From the NCBI GenBank assembly GCA_043228905.1, contig JBHGNT010000008.1, positions 14,074,001-14,138,000 on the forward strand: a stretch of 64,000 bases of DNA. The letters run 5' to 3'. The notes under the pieces were generated by a model. That model did not search any database. It saw only the letters and a list, made by a program, of their open reading frames with translations, and was not told the DNA's origin. Positions within the stretch are counted from its first letter, which is position 1. The number at the start of each line of letters is the position of its first letter. This DNA is from Azolla caroliniana (Eukaryota > Plantae > Polypodiophyta). This document shows, piece after piece, positions 23,765 through 33,597 of this stretch. Position numbers and translations under genes: made by a program.

Positions 23765-26700
23765 TCACTTCGGCATGGGATGTCTCTCCAATCCGATCCT
23801 CTTCCGGCATGCTTCCAGCTTGTCGGGTGTGAGCACTTTGGTCAGCATATCTGAGCCGTTTTCGTCCGTGTGGATCTTCGTCAGCACGAACTCCTGGTCT
23901 TCTATCCTTTCCCGGATCCAGTGATATCTTCGCTGGATGTGCTTCGTCCGGGAGTGATAGGCCGCGTTCTTCGCAAGGTGGATGGCACTCTGACTATCGC
24001 AGTAGAGTCGGTACTCCTCCTGCCGGATACCGAGCTCTCTAATGAAGTCCTTCATCCATATTATTTCCTTGCCGGCTTCAACAGCCGCCATGTACTCCGC
24101 CTCCGTGGTTGACAACGCAACCGTCTTCTGCAGCCTCGACTGCCACGAAACAGCTCCCCCTGCATACGTCATCACATACCCTGATGTGGACCGGCTGGTA
24201 TCTGCATCAGCCGACATATCCGAATCAGTGAAGCCGTCGAGTTCGGGCTTACCGGAGCCGAATCGGAGGCACACGTTTGCCGTGCCCTTCAGGTATCGGA
24301 GTATCCACTTGACCGCGTTCCAGTGCTCTTTTCCGGGATTGCTCATGTACCGGCTCACCACTCCGACTGCATATCCTATGTCCGGTCTTGTACACACCAT
24401 TGCGTACATCAAGCTTCCGACGGCAGAGGCATATGGTACCTTCATCATGTCCTCCTTCTCAGCCTTTGTCTTGGGGCTTTGCTTGCTGGACAACTTGCAG
24501 TTTGCCGGGAGGGACGATCCGACCGGTCTTGCTTCCGACATGTTGAACCGTTGAAGCACCTTTGTCACGTACTTCTCCTGTGACAGCCACAACTGCTTCT
24601 TCTTCCGGTCCCGGATGATGTGCATCCCTAGTATTTGCCTCGCCGGACCCAGGTCTTTCATTGAGAAGGTTCGGTGAAGAGCCTTCTTCAGCATCCGTAT
24701 CTTGACCTGGTCCCGTCCGACGATCAACATGTCGTCCACGTACAGGAGGAGTATTAGAGAGTCTCCTCCGTCGAACTTCTTCACAAACACGCAATGATCG
24801 GTCTGCGTTTTGTGGTACCCTTCGTCTGTCATGAAGGAGTCGAACTTCCGGTACCATTGCCGGGGAGCCTGCTTCAGACCGTAGAGGCTCTTCTTCAACC
24901 GGCATACCAGGTGCTCCTTTCCTTTCTTCTCGAATCCTTCCGGTTGCTGCATGTAGATCTCTTCTTCGAGGTCACCGTGAAGGAATGCCGTCTTCACGTC
25001 CATCTGTTCTACCTCGAGGTCCATGCTTGCCGCTATGCTCAGCACCGTCCGGATGGAGGTCATCTTCACTACCGGGGCAAATATCTCGTCGAAGTCGACG
25101 CCCTTCTTCTGCTGGAACCCCTTCACCACGATCCTGGCTTTGTATCTCGGGGGGTTTCCGGCATCTCCCGGTTTCAGCTTGAACACCCACTTGTTTCGAA
25201 GTGCCCGTTTTCCTTTCGGCAACTCCACAAGTTCATATGTGTGGTTCTCATGCAGGGAATCCATCTCCTCCTGCATGGCACTTAACCACCTGCGGCTCTG
25301 GGTGTCATGCTTCGCTTCTTCAAAGCTCTCCGGCTCCCCCTCGTCGGTTAGCAGCACGTGCTCTGGTTCCGGAAATCTCCGGGGGGCCCTTCTCTCTCTT
25401 AGAGGATATCTCCGTTCCGGAGCTTCGGTAACCGGTTCTTCCGATTCTTCTTCATCCGAATCCATTTCGGGATCGGGGCCGGTTCCGGTATCATTTTCAT
25501 CTTCTTCGGCCGGTTCTGTTTCTTCACCGTCTTCGGCCGGATCCTCGAGTGCTAACCGGTCTCTTGCCGGTCGGGACTGCTCCTTGTAGAGTTGATCCTC
25601 ACCGGTCGACTTGGAGCTCTTCATCTTCTTCTCCGACTCCCAGTCGGCGAGTGTCTTGTCCTCCATGAAGATGATATCTCGACTCCTGAATATCTTCTTG
25701 TCGATCGGGTCCCATACTCGGTAGCCGAACTCGTCGTTGCCGTAACCGAGGAATATGCATGGCCGGGTCTTTGGGTCTAGCTTTCCTCTCCGGTCCTTTG
25801 CCACATGCACGTATGCGAGACACCCGAACACCTTCAGGTGCCGGTAGGACACTTCCTTACCGGTCCACACTCTCTGCGGCGTGTCTCCATCCAAAGGTAC
25901 TGAGGGTGATCTGTTTATCACGTATGTCGCCGTCGACATTGCCTCAGCCCAAAACCCCTTGGGTAATTTCGCATGCGCCAGCATACTCCGGACCCTCTCC
26001 ATTATGGTCCGGTTCATCCTCTCGGCCAGCCCGTTCAGTTCCGGCGTCTTCGGCACAGTAAACTCGAGCCGGATTCCCATCGAACGGCAATACTCCTCAA
26101 ATTGCCCTCGGTATTCTCCTCCGTTATCCGCTCGTATCGCTTTCAGCTTCTTGCCGGATTCCCTTTCCACTCTCGCGTGGAGTTCTCTGAAGACGGACAA
26201 TACTTGGTCCTTTGTCTTCAACGATGCCGTCCACAGCTTCCGGCTGTGATCATCTATGAATGTTACGAAGTACTGGGCTCCGCCATGTGACTTCGTTTCT
26301 ACCTGACACACATCAGTGTGCACCAGCTCCAATGGTGCGCTACGTCTCGTCGGTGGCCTTGAGTGGAAGGAGGTCCGGTTTTGCTTACCGGCCAGACAGT
26401 CGGTGCACTTCTCCAGGTGCACATGCTTCACTGGAATAAGGTTGTCTTCTGCAAGCCTCTTCATCCCCTTCTCACTCATGTGGCACAGTCTCTTGTGCCA
26501 CAGCTCATCGGCAGTGTCGGCTGCCACGTTCAACTCCTCCGGACATAGCCGGGAATTCATCAGGTACAGTGTGTTGACCTTCCGGGCCCGAGCCACTATC
26601 AGGCTCCCTTTGCTGAACTTCATGACACCGTTCCGGATGCTACCCGTGTAGCCTTCATCGTCTAGCCTCCCGGCCGAAATCAGGTTCAATCGAACCTCCG

Positions 26701-27838
26701 GAACGTGTCGAACATCCTTCAGCAGCATCTTGCATCCGGTTGATGTCATCAGCCACACGTCTCCTATGCCGGCAATCCGGCATGTACCTTCATTTCCCAT
26801 CCGGACACAGCCGTGCTCACCGGCTATGTAGGATGAGAAGTATTTCTTCTCCGGGGTCAGGTGGAACGACGCTCCGGAATCGACCACCCAGGTCATCTCT
26901 TCACCGGCAAGGTTTAGCTCCCTCTCTTCGGTAATGAGCATTATCTCTTCTTCACTTGCCGCGAGTGCCGTCGTTCCTTTCCGGTCCTGCCCTCGCCGAT
27001 CCGGACCTCTCCGGTCCGTGGCTCCCCGGTATGCACCGTTTCTCTCCGGTGACTTCTTCGAATCGGTGTCGTCGGCTCCGTTGTCTTTTCGGTAATGCCG
27101 ACAATTCTTCCGGAAGTGCCCCGGCTTCCCACAGTGGAAGCATGTGGGCCTTCCTCTTGACTGCGACCGGGTCCCCGACTTCTCCCGTCTTTGCGGACTC
27201 CGGTTCCATTGTCTTCCCCGATCCGATTCGGTAAGCAGCGCTTTCGGGTTGGAGGCCGGTTCTTTATCTCTCCGACGCGCTTCTTCGTTCAAAATACTTG
27301 TCTTTACCGTTTGTAGAGACAAGTTATCTTCGGTGCAGGAGGTGCTGAGAGTCACCACCAAGTTCTCCCAGCTTTCCGGCAATGTACACATCAAGATGAT
27401 GGCTTGCATTGCATCCTCCAATGGGAACTTGATTGCCGCAAGCTGGTTCACGAATCCCATGAACGTGCTTACGTGTTCCACCATGCTCTCGCCGTCCCGG
27501 TACTTGAGGTTCACTATCTTCCTCATCAGGGAGGTCCGGTTCAACGCATTCTTCCTCTCGTAGAGGCCCGACAGCTTCCGCCACATCTCGTATGCGTTGG
27601 TGTCGTTCGCCACATGTTGTAGAACGCTCACGTCGACGTATTGCCGAATGGTTGCAACGGCTTTCCGGTTCAGAAGCCTCCATTCCGTCTCAAGTACCCC
27701 CTTCGGTATTTCCGACCTGTCAATCGGTTCGTACAGGTCCCGAACAATCAGAAGATCCTCCATCTTGATCTTCCAGTCGGCGTAGTTCTGCGCATTCAGT
27801 ACCATCATCCCCGGCTGCCCGCTGCTGCCGCCTTCCAT
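23765..27838 (-). CDS. Intact copia gag-pol polyprotein (~1357 aa from MEGGSSG)
   Basis: CFHCGKPGHFRKNC knuckle, WVVDSGAS, WHKRLCH, HTDVC/FIDD/DNGGEY/NGLAER, KARIVVKG, LYVDD, DSDM, RTKHI; no stops. Confidence 0.96.
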   Translation of the reverse strand: MEGGSSGQPGMMVLNAQNYADWKIKMEDLLIVRDLYEPIDRSEIPKGVLETEWRLLNRKAVATIRQYVDVSVLQHVANDTNAYEMWRKLSGLYERKNALNRTSLMRKIVNLKYRDGESMVEHVSTFMGFVNQLAAIKFPLEDAMQAIILMCTLPESWENLVVTLSTSCTEDNLSLQTVKTSILNEEARRRDKEPASNPKALLTESDRGRQWNRSPQRREKSGTRSQSRGRPTCFHCGKPGHFRKNCRHYRKDNGADDTDSKKSPERNGAYRGATDRRGPDRRGQDRKGTTALAASEEEIMLITEERELNLAGEEMTWVVDSGASFHLTPEKKYFSSYIAGEHGCVRMGNEGTCRIAGIGDVWLMTSTGCKMLLKDVRHVPEVRLNLISAGRLDDEGYTGSIRNGVMKFSKGSLIVARARKVNTLYLMNSRLCPEELNVAADTADELWHKRLCHMSEKGMKRLAEDNLIPVKHVHLEKCTDCLAGKQNRTSFHSRPPTRRSAPLELVHTDVCQVETKSHGGAQYFVTFIDDHSRKLWTASLKTKDQVLSVFRELHARVERESGKKLKAIRADNGGEYRGQFEEYCRSMGIRLEFTVPKTPELNGLAERMNRTIMERVRSMLAHAKLPKGFWAEAMSTATYVINRSPSVPLDGDTPQRVWTGKEVSYRHLKVFGCLAYVHVAKDRRGKLDPKTRPCIFLGYGNDEFGYRVWDPIDKKIFRSRDIIFMEDKTLADWESEKKMKSSKSTGEDQLYKEQSRPARDRLALEDPAEDGEETEPAEEDENDTGTGPDPEMDSDEEESEEPVTEAPERRYPLRERRAPRRFPEPEHVLLTDEGEPESFEEAKHDTQSRRWLSAMQEEMDSLHENHTYELVELPKGKRALRNKWVFKLKPGDAGNPPRYKARIVVKGFQQKKGVDFDEIFAPVVKMTSIRTVLSIAASMDLEVEQMDVKTAFLHGDLEEEIYMQQPEGFEKKGKEHLVCRLKKSLYGLKQAPRQWYRKFDSFMTDEGYHKTQTDHCVFVKKFDGGDSLILLLYVDDMLIVGRDQVKIRMLKKALHRTFSMKDLGPARQILGMHIIRDRKKKQLWLSQEKYVTKVLQRFNMSEARPVGSSLPANCKLSSKQSPKTKAEKEDMMKVPYASAVGSLMYAMVCTRPDIGYAVGVVSRYMSNPGKEHWNAVKWILRYLKGTANVCLRFGSGKPELDGFTDSDMSADADTSRSTSGYVMTYAGGAVSWQSRLQKTVALSTTEAEYMAAVEAGKEIIWMKDFIRELGIRQEEYRLYCDSQSAIHLAKNAAYHSRTKHIQRRYHWIRERIEDQEFVLTKIHTDENGSDMLTKVLTPDKLEACRKRIGLERHPMPK

Positions 27839-27869
27839 TTTCTGCACTGCCGTCGCTCTGATACCACTT

Positions 27870-28665
27870 TGTTGAGAATCTACGCTCCGATTCGCCTTCA
27901 CCGTTCGGCCACAACCGAGAAATCACGAATTAATGCAGCAGAAAATAGGAAACACAGAGAAAGACACGATAACACCGTGATTAACGTGGAAAACCCTAAA
28001 TGGGAAAAACCACGGGAGTACAAGACTCCAAACCAACACTATACAGAGAAGTATACAATGGCGAGCTGCAAGGCGACGACCTTGAGCTCGCTGTCCTCGC
28101 CACAGACGGCGGTAATACACAGAGGCAACGACCTCCTCGTTTCTCTCTCTCTCTCTCTCTCTCTCGGCTGCTCTCTCTTCACTCCTCTTGAGTGGAAAAA
28201 CAGAAAATGAGCAGCAAACTTTTCAGCTACATAAAACTGTTTGCCCTAAGTCATATTTATACACATATGACTTTTAGGCTATTTACAAATATAGCCACAA
28301 GGGCCCTTGGCAAACATATTCACAAATATGTCCCCGCATCCGGATCTCTCTCCGGGTACATACATCATCCGGCTCTGTAGCCGGGTCTTCATCATCCGGC
28401 TCCGTAGCCGGGTCTTCGTCATCCGGCTCCGTAGCCGGGTCTTCATCATCCGGCTCCGTAGCCGGGTCTTCATCATCCGGTTCCGTAGCCGGGGTCTACA
28501 TCATCCGGTTCCGTAGCCGGGGTCTACATCATCCGGCTCCGTAGCCGGGTACTCTTCATCCGGCTTCATGCCGGGTACTCTTCATCCTCCGGTTCCGTAA
28601 CCGCAACCGGGCTTGCCGTCATTCATCTCCGGACATCCCATCCGGAGGGACCGTAAATCCCAACA
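27870..28665 (-). repeat. 5' LTR of the nested copia
   Basis: Direct repeat of 22963-23754; differs by a few substitutions and in tandem-unit arrangement. Confidence 0.95.
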
Positions 28666-28877
28666 CCATATTGAGCCATAGTTGAACTTTATTATGCCTA
28701 CATTAACTTATCAACATGTCTAAACTTGCATGATTTCTAATGATCTCCACTCGTAGATCTATCATGTATTTTTATATTTGCAAATTCTCATCAAGTTGAG
28801 GAACATGTGATACTAGTGCATCCAATTTTTGTAGAGAGGGTGTATTTGCTTCGTTTTAAGAAGATTCTACAAGTGGA

Positions 28878-28913
28878 ATGCGCAATCCTTCCACTTGTGA
28901 ACGCGAACGTGTT
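28878..28913 (-). repeat. Right terminal inverted repeat
   Basis: atgcgcaatccttccacttgtgaacgcgaacgtgtt is the reverse complement of the left TIR with one mismatch. Confidence 0.93.
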
Positions 28914-31130
28914 ACTATGTAAGACGTTCTCGGACACCTACAAGAAGAAGGTAGCCGCAACAAAGATATACTTGATCCGGCGTCTCTACAACCTTCGAAT
29001 GAAAGAGTCCGATTTGGTTCAAGCTGACATCAATGAATATGAAAGCTTAAACTCCCAGATTTCAGCTCAAGGACGACGATAGAAGATGAGCTAAAAGCTA
29101 TGTTATTAATGAGTAGTCTCCCCCCTTCACGGGAAACGTTCATCACAACTGTGTGCAACATGTTGCCTGCCGCCGTTAAGTACTCCGAAGTCACGAGCTC
29201 CATCTTGATTGAAGCAGCTAGGAGGAAATTGCTTGTACATGATTTAGCCAACAATGCCTACGTAGTACAAGGTTCGGCCGACCGACCAAACAGTTGAGGG
29301 AGAAATTCTTCCCGACCGTTAACAAATTCACGAAGCCAGAGAAAGTATCGGGATAATTGAAGCTGCAACTATTGCAAGAAACCTGGACATATCAAGGCTG
29401 ATTGTCACACCCTCACAACCAAGAATGATAAAGCTCATCGAGCTGATCAAAAGAGTGGCCGACATGAGGAGGTCAACTACATCGGCTCATCAACTGAAGT
29501 GTTGATAGACGACTTGAACATCCTATTCATAGAGAACTCAATTGAATCGGAAGTTCTTCTTACGATTGAGGAATTGAGCACATGGATCTTGGATTTGGGT
29601 GCATCCTACAACTTGACCCTCATTGATCCCAATTTCAGCAATATTCCACCCGACATTCCGACTTAGTCCAAGTCGGAAATTCACAACACTATGCTATAAT
29701 TGGAATCGGCATTGTAGAGCTCAACCTTCAAGGTGGCTTTACACTAGTACTACATAATGTCTGACACGTACTCGAGTTCTCGAGACCGCTAAGTTTGGTT
29801 GGAAAACTTGACGAAGATGACATCCATGCCGACGTCTCATCATGAGGGTGGACACTCCACAGGGGGAACCTCCTGCTTGCTCGAGGTTTGAAAGTACACT
29901 TCTTGTACCCGCTATACGTCACACTTAAACAGGGTGACTTGTTTCTAGTCGAGATCCCGGTGTCATCACTATGGCATAGACGATTAGAACACCTCAACAA
30001 GGCCGACATAATGCACTTATCTAGAGCCAGATACATCCCCAAACTCTCCTTCTTCGACCATCAATTTTACGGGCATTGCCAATACGAAAAGCAAGTTGTA
30101 GCCTCGCACTCTACATTAGCACCAAGAGAATCGAGTCCACTTGATTTGGTCCATTCAGATGTTTGTGGTCCAATGCCACACGGTGCCTCCTACTTCGTCA
30201 GCTTTATTGATGACTCAACTCGAAAGGTGTTGGCATATCCGGTCAGAACCAAAGATCAAGTGTTCTCGAGCTTTTCCGAATGGCTTACCATGGTGGAGAA
30301 CCAGTTTGATTGGAAGCTGAAATGCTTATGGTCTGATAATGGAGGAGAGTACAAATTAAAGGAATTCGTTAGATTTTGCCAGCAACATGACATTCGACGT
30401 GAATACATGGCACCACATAGTCCGGAGTAGAATGGAATTGCCAAATGAATGAATCAGACAATTCAAGAAGGAATCGTTGCTATGCTCCAACGCGTCGGAC
30501 TGTCGGAAGGCTTCTAGGCAGAGGCCCTACTTACGACAGTACACATAATCAATATGTCGTCAAGTAGGCCTCTTGGACTTCAAATACCCCAGGAATTATG
30601 GATCGATAGAAAAGCCGAATTACTACAACTTGAGGATTTTTAGATGTGAGGCATACGACCTCATATAGAAAGATGATCGTTGAAAACTTGAATCGAGGTC
30701 TAGGGAATGTATTTTTCTTGGCTATGGACCATATGACGAAATCAAATACCAACTTTGGGACTCAAAGAATAGATAGATCGTCCGAAGTTCAGACACTGTC
30801 TTTAATGAGTCGGTTATGCATAAGATGGCCGAAAAGCCTATTGAAGTCCAAATGGTAACTTTCTCGGAAGTGTTGGTCCTTCATGACAGCCCAACCCATA
30901 ACACGAGGTCAGCTTCACGGGTTTCCGAATCCTCTAGCACCGAATCGGCTTGAGCCAATTTGGCACAACTGAATGCTTCGGCTCCCAACCACCCGATTTA
31001 GACACCCGATCCTGCTAGCTTAGCCTTACCACACAAATCAGAACGACTATCGCAACCTCTAGAGAGGTACTCTCTTGGAATCTTCTTCACGGATGCGCGA
31101 GCCAACGTCATATGAAGAAGCATCAGAAAG

Positions 31131-32160
31131 TGTAAAAAGATAAGTGTGCGAAAGACAAAAAGTACACACAATCGGTTATTCGGAAACTCGATAGTTAGGA
31201 AAACACAGAGAATGGATACACAGTGAGAGAGAGACTGAGAGGGCAGACAACAACAATCTTCAATTAGCAAAATGTTCTCTGTGTATACATACAATGTGCT
31301 TGGTGAGCACTTTTTATACAAGCCTTGGCGAGTGGGTTGACACAAGTACTAACAAGTACTTGAATTCTCATTATTGTCACTAACAACCTATAATATTCCT
31401 ATTTACTAAAAATAGGAATATAGGTTCCTAACTGCCCATCGGATTCCATCTGACTTGCCCATCTGATTCAACCTAGCAACCAATTCGGCTTTCGCTTATT
31501 CAGCCGATTTGGGCTTAGCCAATCAGTCTCCAATTGATCCGGCTCTCGTCTTCGTCAGCTTCGACCCAAGTTGAGCTTGCTCACTCAACACTCCCCCTCA
31601 AGCTCAACTTGAGGTCTCGTTATGTCATCTCCAATTGGTTCATCATTCCAACTTCTCCTAGTATGTCGACGTCTCGGTCGTGCTCCTTTTCCAGTCCGAT
31701 CCTACATCCCATGACCCCTTTGGTCTAACGCTTCTCGACCCCTCCAGTTTTGCGCTCCTCGACCTACTCGGTTGGCTTGTCTACTACTAAGGCCCTTGTC
31801 AGCTCCCTCGTTGTTGCGGTATTGGCGCTCCTCGACTTGTTGGCTCCTTCGTATCGACGTCGGCTTCGACTGCCTCCTTTGTATTGACGGAGCCGTCGAC
31901 GTTGTACAAGACCTTCAACACCCACTTGCATCCGATCGGCTTCACACACTTGGGGGCGTCAACCAGGTCCCAAGTCTCGTTCTCTGCTAATGCTCACAAC
32001 TCTTCCTCCATGGCGACACACCAATTCGCGTCATTTCTTGCCTTTGCATAGCTCTTTGGCTCACGCACTTCCGCCACCTTCACCATATATGCATAATGAT
32101 GCGCCATATACTCATTATACCTGTACCGAATTACGGGGTTCTTTTGGCGGGTGGATCGGC
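31131..32160 (-). mobile_element. Truncated copia remnant: 3' LTR (31131-31590), PPT and deleted RT start
   Basis: tgtaaa...tcaaca is followed by ctccccctcaag (reverse PPT). The minus strand near 31870-31980 reads TWDLVDAPKCVKPIGCKWV...YNVDGSVN. Confidence 0.72.
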
Positions 32161-33335
32161 ACAACTTCTAGTTCACCGATTTTATGGCCCTCTAGGCTTA
32201 CTCCGACCTTAGGATTCTGGGCTTTACATGTGTTCAACACTTGGTTACCTCATGGCAAGAAGCACTCTTGTTATGTGTATGGAAACCATCATCTAGTAGA
32301 GAGCATTGTAATTATTTGCAAAAAGAGTTGCTTGTGTCTTCTCGATTATTATGTTGGCCAAGAAAGGAGAGATTGCGCTCTCAATTTAATCGTTTGTTTT
32401 GTTTGGGGGCCAAAGAGGTGGGAGATATAGTTGAGGCTCCATCTCAAAGAATTTTGGAGTTTGCTGAAGCGCGACAATTATTACGCATTCCACCTAATTA
32501 TGGGTTTATTTGGCAACAACTACAAAATATTGCATTGATGCAAGGTCCCGTACCTCTACAAACAGGAGAACAACCGTGCTTGATTGGTGTTTGAAGGCTC
32601 AAACGTCATTGTTACAAGTGACTACTAATCTTTTGTATCATTGCTCTGTTGAGTCTCTTGGATGGTTATCATCTAAGCTCGAAGAAGAATGGAGATTACA
32701 CAAATCTGATCATGGGTGGTGGTAGATCTTACAACGTAGTTGACATTCTAAATTGCCACTCATAGCAAAGGTCTTCATTTGGAGAGTTTTGATTGGAGGA
32801 TTTCCTTTGGGATTAGCTCTAACGCGTCGTGGATTAGCAACGGGTAATTGTTTCTTTTGCACTGTTCAAATGGAAGATAATACTCATCGATTTATACAAT
32901 ATCCGATTGCTTGTCAGATTTGGAGTTACATTTCTCAAATTTGGCAAGTTTTATCACGGTGTTATTTGACACCTAGACAGTGGGGGTGTTTGCACAATTT
33001 ACACAGGTTGACCCAAAATCAGAGATGGAGATTGTTTTTCTATTTTTGAGATATTGGGGATTGCGTCATAATTGGAATATGCGCAAGCAACGCTTTTGTA
33101 TTCGATGGTAGACATGGAGTGAAAGCATATCTACGAAAGTTGAAGGGAGTACTAATGTGGCAATTTTCTTTATTGGAGGAAGTGGAAATCCTTTCTTCGG
33201 TGGAATGTTCGTCTTGCCTATTGGCAATTCAACATGTTCCATTATCCATGTAGTGTAGTGTAGTTAGAGGGTGACCCATACTTCATGGTCACACCCATTG
33301 TAAGTAGTGTTTTTTACACACACTTATTAATATAA
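32160..33335 (+). mobile_element. L1-type LINE 3' fragment (zf-RVT region), degenerate
   Basis: KVFIWRVLIGGFPLG...CFFC...EDNTHRF resembles the L1 ORF2 C-terminal CCHC region. Confidence 0.7.
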
Positions 33336-33597
33336 TTGTGTGTTTTCACCAAAGAGAGAGAGAGAGAGAGAGAGATCTGAATGGAAGGAGGGGGTTCCTT
33401 GGGGTCATGGATGGTGGACATATATGTATGTATGTATATGGATTTGGATGGTTATAGTCTATAGAGGGTTCCGATTATAATACACACAAGTCTATTTTCG
33501 TAAATTCCCCAAACTCCTCCTTGTATATAATAACCACCGAGAGAAAACAACAGGAAACAAACACAGACCGGAAAACAAGAAGGCACCAGAGAGAGCT

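Larger units (their letters stand above)
22963..28665 (-). mobile_element. Young intact Ty1/copia LTR retrotransposon nested in the DNA transposon
   Basis: LTRs 22963-23754 and 27870-28665, perfect TSD CCATA, tRNA-iMet PBS (27855-27866, minus strand), PPT agggggagtt, and a single uninterrupted ORF. Confidence 0.97.
13996..28913. mobile_element. TIR DNA transposon (Sola-like DDD transposase) carrying a ParB-methyltransferase cargo gene
   Basis: 36-bp TIRs at 13996-14031 and 28878-28913 (35/36 match). TSD ACTA at 13992-13995 and 28914-28917. Removing the element and one TSD restores the copia gag frame (ttt gaa cta tgt aag). Confidence 0.93.
13778..31130 (+). mobile_element. Old degenerate Ty1/copia element (gag-PR-INT), split by the DNA transposon; LTRs not resolved
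   Basis: Gag ...LDRIVHATIQRHLFESVYYTIRSCTTTFEL ends at 13995 and resumes CKTFSDTYKKK...LIRRLYNLRMKE at 28918. Zinc knuckle CNYCKKPGH near 29363, WILDLGAS near 29583, LWHRRL, VHSDVCGP, SDNGGEY; many stops. Confidence 0.85.
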
